A program made the translations under genes and the position numbers. Positions 8,091 to 18,700 of a DNA stretch of 49,106 nt are shown piece by piece (position 1 is the first letter of the stretch; each line of letters starts with the position of its first letter). The notes under the pieces are model-generated. The model ran no database searches and had not been told where the DNA came from. It saw only the letters and a program-made list of their open reading frames with translations. The DNA comes from Planctomycetota bacterium (GTDB taxonomy: Bacteria > Planctomycetota > UBA11346): NCBI GenBank assembly GCA_038213805.1, contig JBBQSO010000038.1, positions 1 to 49,106 on the forward strand, written 5' to 3'.

Positions 8091-11000
8091 CGCGACCTCG
8101 AATTCGCCAACACGCGAACAGGAGCGAGGCAGCGCAGTCGCGCCGAGGTGATGGCCGGGCAGCGGCCGGTGGCGTCGGCGAGATCATCGAGCTTCGGCGA
8201 GGGGCCGTTCGCGTACTGCCAGGTGATGCGCATCTCGGCGCCATCCACCGGACGCGCGTCGCGCGTCGACGGCTCGGTGAAGCACATCTCGGCATCCACG
8301 ACGGGAAGGAAGATATTTCCGATCGGGAAGCCCAGCGACAGCTCGACCCCGGTCTGTTGCGACCAGTCCATCGCCGGATACCAGGGCGTGGTTGGGGTGG
8401 CGGGCACGCCTGGGCCCGACCAGATATTCTCATAGGCCAGCGCGCGCGCCTGGACGGTGAAGTAGGAATTGCCAGAGCCGTCGAGGAAGCGGTGGTTCGG
8501 ATCCTCGGTCGCTTCGGCCAGGGACATGGTGCTGTACGGCGCCGGCAGCATGGCGATCCGGGTCTGATCGAAATACGCGCCATAGAGGCTGAAGGGGAAG
8601 CCCACCCAGGCGTAGGAGCGGCTGCGGAAGTGCTCCTTGGTGAGCGCGCCGTTCGGCAGCGCACTCGGCAGGCGTGGCCACCAGCCGATCACGATCGGCT
8701 TGGGGTCCGCGGCCCCGCTCCAGCTGCCGGCGACAGGCGTGTTGTACATGCCGCGCAGCCAGGCGGCGGTGGTGTACTTGCCTTCCTGGGCCATTGGCGA
8801 TCCCACCGGATAGTCGCGGTGGAATTTCGGCCCGATCAACTGGATGACCTCGTTCTTGGCCACCACGCCGGTCGGGTCGCAGAACAGCGCCGCGGGAGCG
8901 AAGAGCGTGCGCGGCTGGATGGGCCCGACGGGGATGGCGTCCTGGAGCGCGAACCAGCTGCCTGCCGTCAGCGCCTCGGCCAGCTGCAGCACCGGCCCGA
9001 CAGGCAGGCGCTTCGCGCTCAGCAGTGGGCGGCGGATCTGGTTGTTGGCCACCAGCGGGCCGTCCGGGATGACGTGGGTGTAGACGCCGGTGTCCACCAC
9101 CAGCAGGCCGCGCCCGACCAGCTTGGCGAACAGGCCGCCGTTCTTCACCTGGTTCTGGTCGGTGGGGTTGGTGGCGTTCTCGGGCAGCAGGTTGTACTTG
9201 CCGGCGATCATCAGCGCGTCGGCATCGCTGAGCTGTTGATAGGCGAAGACCTCGCCATCGATGTCGACCAGGCCCATCTTGCCGTGAGCCCAATCGAACA
9301 GCGGGGTGGTCGCCTGGGCGAACATGCCCAGGTCGGCGGGCAGTACGTTGAGCTTCTCGGCGCCGGACGCATCGAAGAAGCGCTTGATGCCGTTGGTGAC
9401 GACATTGGTACGCGCTGGCGAGCCGGTGCTCAGCTCGTGGCCGTCGATGTTCCCCGGAGCGCCTGCGAGCGGTCCAGCGCAGATGTCGTCGATGGTCAGC
9501 GCTGTCGACACGCCAGCGCCGACGCTCGGGCGTTCGCTGTCCTGGCTGCCGAAGAAGATACGCGCCGAGCTGCCGTCGCCGAGCAGGTAGCCGTCCGCCC
9601 ACAGGTCGAGCCGCGGCAGCTGGCCGCGTGGCTCGTCGATGGCGCTGGTGACGCCGACCGGGGTCTCGCGTGGGGTCAGGTCGCCGCCGCTCCAGCAGGT
9701 GCCACAGAGCAGGTCGTACTTCGCGGCCACGATCGGCGCGGTCCAGGCGCCGCCGGTGAGCACGGGATCGAGCGGTGCCGAGAAGGCGAAGTACTCGTTC
9801 TTCGAATCGATCTGCAGCGGGTCGTTCACCGGCAGGGTCGGCTGGGGGTAGGCATCGGTCGCGGCGTAGCGGATGGCCGCCTGGAAGGGTTTCTCGGTGC
9901 CGGGCAAGACCTTCGGCAGCAGCGTGACCAGATCGCCGGTGGCGACCCAGTGGCCGTGGTTACCCAGTTCGGTCTGGACCGGCAGCACCTGGCTGCCGGC
10001 GGCGAAGATCGACAGGGGGCCGACATAGCTGCCGACCTTGGCGCCGAAGTCGGTCCGTCCGATGCCGCGCGACGAGGTGAGGGGATCGGGCTTGTAGGTG
10101 AAGCCATCGAGGTTCAGGAAGAACCCGGTGGTGGGCGCGATCCCCGCGTCGGCGCCAAGGATGAAGTGGTACTTCACCCATTCGATGCGGCCGGTGGTCT
10201 CCTGCACTTGCAGCAGGAAGGCGTTCGAGCCCACGTAGCTCTGGGTGTAGCGGCCGGCCTCGAGCGGATCGGCGCCCGTGACCGGCATGCCGACGAGTTC
10301 GATGGTCGGCTCGCCCGCATCGGTGCTGAGCACGGTGATCGCGTTGGGCGCGGCGGAGGTCGGGCTGCCGGCCGGCATCACCGGCCAGGTCTCGATGGTC
10401 TGCACTCCGGTCAGTGTGGTGCCAGAGGAGGCGGTGTAGTACCGGAACTCGGTTTGACCTTTGAATGTGATCATCACCACTCCGCCGAGTGGCGGGAAGG
10501 GCACGGGGACGTTGTGGATGGGGATGTCGTCGGTGGTATTCAGACGGCGATCGGGTCCGAAAACCGGCATCTGCGACTTGTCGACCTTGCCCCAGATCTC
10601 CCACGGGTGGGCGCTGCCGATGATCGGATCTCCGCTCGCGAAGTCCTGCTGCAGGGCGCAGCCTCCGCGGTAGATGCGCCCGGTGTCCAGGCCCAGGCGG
10701 TAGCCGCCGGGCACCACCAGCGCGCCGACCAGGTGCTGTTGGATGTTGGGATACTGCTTCAGTGGATCGGCGCCGGTGACGAAGGTGTTCTGCCGCTGCC
10801 CGCGCATGCAATCGTGCAGGTTCGAACCGATGATGGAATCGTAGCGGATGTACTCGTCGTCGATGCGTACGAAACCGCGCGCCGGCAGGAGCTGGGTCAA
10901 CGGGATGCCCATGGGGGTGGTGAGCGCGATGTCGGCGACGTAGAGCGTCATGCTCGCGTCGTTCACGGCATACGGCAGGGGAGTCTGGAGGATCGCGCTG

Positions 11001-13705
11001 GGCAGGGTGAAGTGGTCACCGAGCACGGCGGTGGATCCCACCGCGCGGTGCGCCAGCTCTTGGCCGACGACGCCGTCGAGGATGATGTCCGCGCCTTCGG
11101 CGCGGTCGCTCGCGAGCGCCACCTGCAGGTGGTACCACTGGTTCTGGCGGAAGTGCGGCTTGGTGTCTGATTTCGGCGTGCAGTAGCAGTGCAGGACGCG
11201 GTTGGCCTTGCCGAGGGACGAGAAGCCGAGGAGGTTCGGGTCCTTCGGGCACAACGGTTTCGCGTCGGTCGGGATGAAGAAGCTCGACAGCGAGCGTTCG
11301 TCGATGGTCATCGAGGTGATCGAGGTGACGTTGTCTGGCGGGTAGGTGGTGGCGCCGCCGGGGCTGTAATCGACGTCGTGTTCGGCGCTGGGCGGGGCCA
11401 ACGCCAGGATCAGCATCTCCTTGCTGTCGTCGTAATAGAGCCCGAGGTAGTTCTGGCTGTCGTCGGCGCCCGCGGCCGCCGCGACCTGCCCGAGCTGCGG
11501 GATCGCGTTCGCCACCGGTATGCGCGCTTCGCAGATCGGGATGACGCCGCCGCCGGTCCAGTCGTTCTTGGGTTTGAACCACAAGCTGAGGTGCCGAGAG
11601 GTCAGCTCGTGCGAATCGATGGCCGGGTCGACCGGACGGCGCTCGGTGAGGAAGCCGACGTTGTTCGAGGCAGGCGCGACTGGGAGCGTCTGCCCGTGCA
11701 GCCGGTAGGCGAGATCGGCGCTGAGCTGGTGGTCATAGCCGTCGGGCGTGATGTCGACGGCCGCCGCCGCGGGAGCCACCGGCTTGTACGGCGCGTCGGG
11801 CGTGGCGACGGTGGTGGTGGCGCTGAAGATGTCGGCGTCGAGGGCCATCTTCTCGCCGCCGAACGAGACGCGCCAATCGACGGCGACGTGGGTATTGCGC
11901 AGCTCCTCGACGTTGGGGGCGGTGGCGGCGAGCGCCGCGATGTCGGGCAGCACGCGCGGGCGGATGCCGGAGTCAGCGGTGATGGGTGGAGGAGGCGTGA
12001 CGCCGAGGTCGAGGTCGTCGGGAAAGATCGGCGCGCCCGCGGCGCCGAGGCGGCGCTCGTACGCCGTCGGCCAGGCCTGCATCTGGCTGGCGTAGCGCTG
12101 TGCGATCAGGGTGTGCAGATCGCCCTGGGTGATCCAGCGGCGCTCGAGCAGGTATTCCTGCGGCACCGCCTGGATCACGTCGCGGCGCAGCTCCTGCGCG
12201 GTCTGCCGGCCGAGCACGTCGGTGACGGTGGCGGCGGCTTCGATGGTGAAGATGCCCATCGAGCTGATGCCCAGCGGCGGCTGTTCGTTCGCCACGGTGA
12301 ATGCGGGGGAATTCACGGGCAGGTTCAGCGTGTAGCTGAGGCCGAAGAGGTTGCCGTAGGTCGGTGTCGCGCCGGGCACGGTGAGGAAATGTCCGAGGCT
12401 CGACGGCGGGTTGGCGCCGGCCTGCTGGCCGATGGTGCGCACCACCGAATCGTCGACCGGGGTGCCGCCATCGTCGACGGGCTTCTCGGCCGAACCGTTG
12501 TTCAGGGTCTTGCGCACCACCACCGCCAGCTGGTGGATGTTAAGCGGCGCGGGCGCCTCGATGGCGATGGCCGATCCCACCGCGGCGAACGGATTGGCGA
12601 CGCGATCAGGGACGAACAGGGATTTGCCGTGCACCACCTGTTCGGATTCGCCGGTTTCCGCGATGCCATTGACCATGCCGATGATGTGCGCCTGCGGGGG
12701 AGTCGCATATTGGGTCTCGCTCGCCACCACCGAACCTATGCCCAGCAGCGGATGCTTCGGATCCGGGACGCTGTCGAGCCAGAAGGTGTCGTGGATGGTA
12801 TCGCGCGCGACCACGGTGCCGAGATCGATGAAGCCGTCGCGGCCTTGGCGCGGGTTGTGCAGCGTCAGGTACGGGCGCATGCGCTCGAGCTCGGCGCGGG
12901 TAAGGCGGTGGCGGAACAGCGGGTGCTGCGATTGGGGATTGGCGCGCAGCAGCTGCTCGAGATCGGTGATGCGGCGGTCGGGCAGATTGAAGCGCACGCT
13001 GGCGAGATGCTGGGCGAGCTGGCCGACGGTGTCGGAGTCGTACGGGTATGGCGCTGGCACCACCTCGTTGTCATCCCAGTCGGTGATCCCGAGGGCCGCG
13101 AGGAATTTCTGCCACACCACCGGCCCCATGTCGTTGGGGTCGAGCTTGCCCGCCTCGTCGGTGACGATCGCGCCCAGGTAGGTGCGCTGCTTGGTCTCCG
13201 AAGGCAGGGGAACCGCGTTGTACGCCGTCGGCGTGAGCGGGAAGCCCTCGGGCAATAGTCCGATCGAGCCGTCTCCGTTCGGACCGGCGTCGAGCGGCAC
13301 CACCGCTGCCTTGTAGCCGGCGGGGGTATCGGGATTGATGGGCGCGGCGAATCCTGCCACCGGAGCCCACGGTGCATAAGTCTCGGCGAGGCTGGTCCAC
13401 GCCGCGGTCGGGCTTCCCGGCAGGGCCGCGCGCAGCGACGGGGTCTCGGCATAGGCGGCGATCGCGGTGGCCATGTTGGCCGCGCTGTCGCGCCCGATCT
13501 GCGCGACCTTGCTGTCGGCGAACGAGCGCGTGCCTGCGAGGCTGGAGGACTGCGTGTACAGGAAGGGCAGGCCGAGCAGCAGCAGGGCCGCGAGCAGCAC
13601 CAGGGCGAGGATCAGGGCGGCACCGGAACGTGGCATGTCTGTCCGTGGTATCCGAGGAGAGTCTGGCCGTCGAGGGGCTGGCGGATGAACGTCTGTCCGT
13701 GGCAT
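8087..13705 (-). CDS. Giant (about 1870 aa) GspK/PilX-like pseudopilin with a LamG-like domain and repeated beta modules
   Basis: RSG|AALILALVLL signal lacking E5, as in GspK/PilX; DEAGKLDPN and ITDLEQLL...ERMRPYLT GspK-like motifs; LSLWFKP...WYHLQV...ILDG LamG-like motifs. Start 13714, 13705 or 13636. Confidence 0.75.
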   Translation of the reverse strand: MPRTDVHPPAPRRPDSPRIPRTDMPRSGAALILALVLLAALLLLGLPFLYTQSSSLAGTRSFADSKVAQIGRDSAANMATAIAAYAETPSLRAALPGSPTAAWTSLAETYAPWAPVAGFAAPINPDTPAGYKAAVVPLDAGPNGDGSIGLLPEGFPLTPTAYNAVPLPSETKQRTYLGAIVTDEAGKLDPNDMGPVVWQKFLAALGITDWDDNEVVPAPYPYDSDTVGQLAQHLASVRFNLPDRRITDLEQLLRANPQSQHPLFRHRLTRAELERMRPYLTLHNPRQGRDGFIDLGTVVARDTIHDTFWLDSVPDPKHPLLGIGSVVASETQYATPPQAHIIGMVNGIAETGESEQVVHGKSLFVPDRVANPFAAVGSAIAIEAPAPLNIHQLAVVVRKTLNNGSAEKPVDDGGTPVDDSVVRTIGQQAGANPPSSLGHFLTVPGATPTYGNLFGLSYTLNLPVNSPAFTVANEQPPLGISSMGIFTIEAAATVTDVLGRQTAQELRRDVIQAVPQEYLLERRWITQGDLHTLIAQRYASQMQAWPTAYERRLGAAGAPIFPDDLDLGVTPPPPITADSGIRPRVLPDIAALAATAPNVEELRNTHVAVDWRVSFGGEKMALDADIFSATTTVATPDAPYKPVAPAAAAVDITPDGYDHQLSADLAYRLHGQTLPVAPASNNVGFLTERRPVDPAIDSHELTSRHLSLWFKPKNDWTGGGVIPICEARIPVANAIPQLGQVAAAAGADDSQNYLGLYYDDSKEMLILALAPPSAEHDVDYSPGGATTYPPDNVTSITSMTIDERSLSSFFIPTDAKPLCPKDPNLLGFSSLGKANRVLHCYCTPKSDTKPHFRQNQWYHLQVALASDRAEGADIILDGVVGQELAHRAVGSTAVLGDHFTLPSAILQTPLPYAVNDASMTLYVADIALTTPMGIPLTQLLPARGFVRIDDEYIRYDSIIGSNLHDCMRGQRQNTFVTGADPLKQYPNIQQHLVGALVVPGGYRLGLDTGRIYRGGCALQQDFASGDPIIGSAHPWEIWGKVDKSQMPVFGPDRRLNTTDDIPIHNVPVPFPPLGGVVMITFKGQTEFRYYTASSGTTLTGVQTIETWPVMPAGSPTSAAPNAITVLSTDAGEPTIELVGMPVTGADPLEAGRYTQSYVGSNAFLLQVQETTGRIEWVKYHFILGADAGIAPTTGFFLNLDGFTYKPDPLTSSRGIGRTDFGAKVGSYVGPLSIFAAGSQVLPVQTELGNHGHWVATGDLVTLLPKVLPGTEKPFQAAIRYAATDAYPQPTLPVNDPLQIDSKNEYFAFSAPLDPVLTGGAWTAPIVAAKYDLLCGTCWSGGDLTPRETPVGVTSAIDEPRGQLPRLDLWADGYLLGDGSSARIFFGSQDSERPSVGAGVSTALTIDDICAGPLAGAPGNIDGHELSTGSPARTNVVTNGIKRFFDASGAEKLNVLPADLGMFAQATTPLFDWAHGKMGLVDIDGEVFAYQQLSDADALMIAGKYNLLPENATNPTDQNQVKNGGLFAKLVGRGLLVVDTGVYTHVIPDGPLVANNQIRRPLLSAKRLPVGPVLQLAEALTAGSWFALQDAIPVGPIQPRTLFAPAALFCDPTGVVAKNEVIQLIGPKFHRDYPVGSPMAQEGKYTTAAWLRGMYNTPVAGSWSGAADPKPIVIGWWPRLPSALPNGALTKEHFRSRSYAWVGFPFSLYGAYFDQTRIAMLPAPYSTMSLAEATEDPNHRFLDGSGNSYFTVQARALAYENIWSGPGVPATPTTPWYPAMDWSQQTGVELSLGFPIGNIFLPVVDAEMCFTEPSTRDARPVDGAEMRITWQYANGPSPKLDDLADATGRCPAITSARLRCLAPVRVLANSRSR

Positions 13706-13717
13706 GGAGATCACGGA

Positions 13718-15043
13718 TCAGGGAACCGTGGTGGTCGCGCTGGTGACGACCCCATCGACGCTGAGGTTGACGGTGACCAGCTGGTCTCCGCGCGTGGCGA
13801 CGCCGCCGGACATGGCGAACTTCAGGTCGCTGGTGGCGACGGGAATGGTCGCGGGACTCTCGCCGTAGCTGCTGGCCTGCACATGGCCGTCGGGATGCAC
13901 GGTGATGCGGTAGCTCGCTTGCGGCGTCACGCCAGCCGGGAGGGTGCCGGCGCGGTCGATGGCGAGCCGGTAGAGGCGCGCGTCGTCGATGATGCCGCCC
14001 AGCTCCACTTCCTGATCGGCGACCGGCAGGAGGCTCAGGCTGGTGGGGAACTTGCCGTGGCCGAGGTGGACACTGTCGTCGGTGGCCACGGTCGCGCCCC
14101 TGAGGTAGCCGCCTTCGAAAGGCTTGGCGCCGACCAGCACGCCGTTGCGGTAGAGCTCGAGGCGCTCGCCGTCGTAGAGCATGCCGACCTCGTCCCAGCT
14201 GTCGCCATTCATGGGCGCGGCGATATCGGGACCATCGAACAGCGCGGGCGTGTCGCGGACCGTGCCGGACAGCGTCTCGACCTCGCCGCCAGCGGCCACG
14301 TCGTTGATCGAGCTCACCCACTTCTTGCCGGAGCTCTCGGAGTTCACCCAGCCGAGGATCTCCCAGCAGTCGAAGGTCGGCTCGTATGGCGCCGGCGTGG
14401 TGGGCAGCACCGGCACATGGTCGACGTGCTGGATCTTCCGGCGCAAGCCCTGCAGCACCAAGCCGCAGGTGCACTGGTCCTCGTCGTCGCTGCCGACCAG
14501 GATCAGCGGCACGATCGCCTTGTCGCTCGCCGGACCGGGTTTCACGCTGCACGAGATGTAGAAACCCTCGGTGCGGCCGCGCGCGGTGCGGCGGGCCAGG
14601 CGCTTGGAGCGGTCGAGCGGGATCGGCGCGAGCGAGGTCTTCGGCGGGCCGGTCAGACTGGTGAGGCCCTTGCCGGAACGACCGATCAGCACCGAGAACT
14701 GTGGCGGGATCGCGGTCTCCTCGAAGGTCTCGTTCCACAGCATCAGCTGGCTGACGCCGAGCACCGAGCGATCGGTCTGGCTGATCTCGATGGTCACCGG
14801 AGTGCCCGAGCTGCGTGCGGCGTGGCGGGCTTGCCGCACCACGTCGGCGACCATGTGCTCGGTGCCCACCAGGGCGTTGACACGCGGGGTGTGCAGGATC
14901 GCGCCGATCGAGATGCCCATGAAGATCATGATGATGCCGATCACCACCAGCAGCTCGATCAGCGTGAAGCCCCCGCCCAGCCGCGTGGCTGTGGATGGCG
15001 CCCTTCGCAGAGTGACCGGTCCGCTGCGCATGGGCCGGATCAC
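13718..15043 (-). CDS. Prepilin-type GspH/FimT-like protein with LamG/ConA-like domain
   Basis: GG|FTLIELLVVIGII; VRQARHAA; WDEVGMLYDGERLELYRNG and GIIDDARLY LamG motifs. GTG at 15043 overlaps the upstream stop (ATG alternative at 15031). Confidence 0.82.
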   Translation of the reverse strand: MIRPMRSGPVTLRRAPSTATRLGGGFTLIELLVVIGIIMIFMGISIGAILHTPRVNALVGTEHMVADVVRQARHAARSSGTPVTIEISQTDRSVLGVSQLMLWNETFEETAIPPQFSVLIGRSGKGLTSLTGPPKTSLAPIPLDRSKRLARRTARGRTEGFYISCSVKPGPASDKAIVPLILVGSDDEDQCTCGLVLQGLRRKIQHVDHVPVLPTTPAPYEPTFDCWEILGWVNSESSGKKWVSSINDVAAGGEVETLSGTVRDTPALFDGPDIAAPMNGDSWDEVGMLYDGERLELYRNGVLVGAKPFEGGYLRGATVATDDSVHLGHGKFPTSLSLLPVADQEVELGGIIDDARLYRLAIDRAGTLPAGVTPQASYRITVHPDGHVQASSYGESPATIPVATSDLKFAMSGGVATRGDQLVTVNLSVDGVVTSATTTVP

Positions 15044-15579
15044 TGCTTCCAATTGGTGATGTCGTCGGTGTCTTTGTCGCCGTGCTGGTCGATCTCGTCG
15101 GCGCTGGCCGACCAGATCTGGAACGAATCCGGATGTGGCGGCGCGTCGGTGTCGATGGCGATCGGCGCTCCGGCGAGGTACGGATAATACTTCACCGGCC
15201 GGTAGCGCAGGACCTTGACCTTCCACGGGTCCAGCAGCGAATAGCCGGTCACGCCGAACGGATCGCGATCGGACTTGGCGAGCAGCGGGAGAAGTTCACC
15301 GGCGACGGCCACCCAATCGCTCTCGCTGATGGTGTCGGCGGTCTTCGGGGTGGCGGCTGGCATCAGCGTGGACTTGATCAGGAGGCTGTCGGGGTAGTCG
15401 CCATTGAGCAGGCGGTAGTGCTCGCAGGCGACGGTCACCTGCGCGATCTGGCTCCGGCACCTGGTCTTCATCGCCTGTTTCTTCACCATGTTCATGGCGG
15501 GAAACAGCATGCCGAGCAGGATCATGATGATCCCGATCACCACCAGCAACTCCATCAACGTGAAACCCTTGCGCGTCAT
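15040..15579 (-). CDS. GspG-like (type II secretion) pseudopilin
   Basis: KG|FTLMELLVVIGII; YRLLNGDYP, LDPW and FQIWSASAD...DDITNW GspG C-terminal pattern; GGAG RBS. Confidence 0.85.
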   Translation of the reverse strand: MTRKGFTLMELLVVIGIIMILLGMLFPAMNMVKKQAMKTRCRSQIAQVTVACEHYRLLNGDYPDSLLIKSTLMPAATPKTADTISESDWVAVAGELLPLLAKSDRDPFGVTGYSLLDPWKVKVLRYRPVKYYPYLAGAPIAIDTDAPPHPDSFQIWSASADEIDQHGDKDTDDITNWKQ

Positions 15580-15789
15580 GCCGGCTCCAGGGGATGTTCT
15601 ACCGCATCTCAGCCGTGGCGTTGCCCACCAGCACCCTGGCATGACACCACCGAAGGCATTTGGGCGCAAGTACTTCGGGATGAGACGCACGGGTCTTGTA
15701 ACGTCCGGACAGGATTATTGGCGTGGTCAACCGAGTCGATGGTTGCGAGGGGAGGCCTTGCCGGCGATCGGGCGCGATGGCCTCGATGG

Positions 15790-18700
15790 CTATTCGTCGC
15801 CTTCCTCGAAGCAGACCAGCTGCCCAGCCTTGGTGGGCACGAACACTCGGCCGTCGTACGCCAACACGCCGCCCACCGCGGCGCCGCCGACATCGGCCTT
15901 CCAACGCTCGCTGCCGGTCAGCGGATCCAGGCAGTGCAGCAGACCCTTGCCATCGGCGATATAGACGCCGTGCGCGCCGATGGCGGGGGACCCGGGCAGG
16001 GTGCCCAAGCTGCCCTGGGCGGGGAAGCGCCAGAGCAGCTGGCCCGGGTGCGCGAGATCGATCGCCACGATGCGCCCCTCGGCGACCGAGACGAATGCGA
16101 CCGGCTGGCCGGGGAGCAGCACGGGTGTCGATGGCGAGGTGCCGTCGATCGGCCAGGCCGCGACGACGCGCTTGCTGTCCGGCACGTTGCGGTCGCAGTC
16201 GAACGCCATGACCACGCCGGACATGTCGCTGACCATCAGCGAGTCGCGGTCTGCGACCTTGGCCTTGACCAGCTTGCCGATGAGATCGCCGCGGGATTGC
16301 AGGGTGTAGAGCTTGCGCGGCGGGCTGAGCTCGGTGATCTCGGAGATGTCGTAGGCGATCAGGCTGGTGCCGGCGGGCACGTACAGGATCGACATCCCGG
16401 CGGGATGGTCGACGAATGGAGCGCCGGTGATGTCGGCGTCGGACGCCAGCTTGGGATAGGCGCGCGTCGCGCCGGTGGGGTCGACCTCGATGATCTGCAG
16501 GCCAGCTTTGATGGTCGCCGCGAACACCAGCAGCTGGCCGGGCTTGATCTCGTGCTCCTGGACCCACAGGTGGCCGTTGAGGCGGTCCTGGGCGTTCAAG
16601 GACTGCGGCCACTGCCACAGCCGCACGCGGCTGTTGAGATCCACCGCGAAGACGTGGTCGTCGAGCACCGCGTAGGCGCGATCCTGGTAGACGAACGGCG
16701 CGACGGTGAATTCGGCGATGTTGTTCGGGAACTTCACCTCGCGGTTCGCACCCAGCACCGGGTCGATCATCTCGAGGGTGCCCTTGTCGGTGCCGAGCAG
16801 CACCAGCTTCTGGGCGACGATGGGGCGGGTGGCTGAGGCTCCCGACAGGTCGGTGCGCCAGCGCCAACCGCGTGAAAGCGAGACCACGGCCTGGGTCTTG
16901 CGTCCCTTCACGTCGATTGAGAACTTCTGCGGCGAGAATCCCGGACGCGAGGCCTCGACCGTGACCGATTCGTTGACCCGGTAGGTGATCCGCTCCGACC
17001 AGCTGCCGCGCTTGCCAGCGGGCGCCGAAACACGGCTCTCCTCGGCTCCTGGCCGCTTGATCGAGAGCTGCACGCGGTTGCTGTCCATCTGCAGGGTGAA
17101 GGGCAGCTCGAGCGTCGCGTAGTAGTCGCCGACGGTGCGGCCTGAGGCCTCCTTGGCCAGCGTCGCAAGCTCGTCCACCTGGGTGAAGGTCGCCTGGTCG
17201 TCGCCACGGTTGGCGGCGTCGGCGGCGAGCTTCCCGAGGTCGTGGGCCATCTCGAGCTCGATAGAGAGCACGCGGGCGCGGGCCTTGTCGGCCCACTGCT
17301 CGCCCTGGCCGGTGGCGGCGCGCCGGAAGGCGGTGAGCACCTCGTGCTTCGATCCGTTCTGTTCATAGCGCTGGGCGCGCTCGTAGAGCTTCTGCGCGCT
17401 CTTGGATGCGTCGGACCATTCGGCCATCGAGCGCGTGTAGTCCTCGCGCAGCGAGGCGGGCAGATCCTTACGGTCGAGGATGGTCTGGAGGATGGCGATG
17501 GCGCCGTCCCAATTGAGGTTGTTCCAGAGGCTCTCGGCCTCTTTCATCTTCGTCGATACCTGCGATTTGATGCGCTCGAAGTGGATGGCCTCGAGGATGG
17601 TGTCGGCGTTCGAGGCCGACTGGGTGTTCTGGTACTTCACCTTCATCTCGCCGATGATGGCCTCGGCCTCTTCGTACTTGCCGGCTTCGCGCGCGGCGTC
17701 GGCGCGTTGGAACTCGAGGCCGGCGCGCGCTTCGAAGTCCTTCTCGATCTGCGTGCGGCGCTCCTCGAGGCGGCGGCTGACCTCGGAGTTGGTCCCGTAC
17801 TTGGTCTTGAGATCGTCGAGCTCCTCGAGCAGTTGGAGATGGCGGCCGGACTGCATGCCACTGGTGAGAGTGGCCTCGAAGTCGTTGACCTTGCTCTCGC
17901 CGTACTGCTTGATGACGTGCCCGTGGTAATATTCCCAGCCGAAGACCATGGCGGTGGCCGCGAGCGCGACGATCGCGACGTAGACCAGGATGCGCGCCGC
18001 CTTGCTGGTCTTGATTGCCTCTGAATTCTGCGCATGGCCGAGGACCTGGTCCTTGACGTTGTTGTACTTGCAGTCGGCATCGAGGATCGCGCGCAGCGTA
18101 TCCAGCGCCTTCTTCGGCCGCTCGCCGGTGAGCAGGGCATGCCACAGCGATTTGTATTCCACCACCGCGTTCTCGGTCTGGCCCTCGAGCAGGTACGCAC
18201 GCGCCAGGTAGCGGTGCGGTTCTGGGGAACGCGGCAGGAGATTCTTGGCGCGATGGCAGGCGTCGATGGCGCGCGGCAGATCCTTGCGCGCGAGGTAGGT
18301 CTGCGCGGCGGTAGCGTACGAGGCGGCGGCGGGTTCGACTTGGCCGAGCTCGGCCTGGATCTGGCCGCGCTCGAAATGCAGATCCGGATCGTCGGGCGAC
18401 AGGTTGATGACGGTGTCGAGATCGGCGAGCGCGTTGGGCAGATCGCCCTGGTCCTGCGCCATCTGGATGAGTTCGAGGTACAGCTCGACCGCGCGCGGGG
18501 CCTGGTTGAGCTTCACGCAGCACTCGGCGAGAGGGCGCATCACCTCGGGGATCGGGGCTTGGCGGATGGCGTTGTCGAGCAGCTCCTTGGCCTGCTGCAT
18601 GTCGCCCTGCTGCATCAGCGAGACGGCGTCGTCCACCACCTCCTGGGCGGTCTTCGGCCGCGCAACGCCAGCGAGGACGAGCTGGGCGACGATCGCGAAG

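Noticed and set aside
8357..13258. Long plus-strand ORFs (937 aa, 689 aa)
   Set aside because: Antisense shadows of the giant pseudopilin gene, expected at high GC; no motifs.
15638..15680. Loose resemblance to a c-di-GMP-I riboswitch
   Set aside because: Wrong strand for the downstream gene, and the GNRA-loop/receptor consensus is not met.
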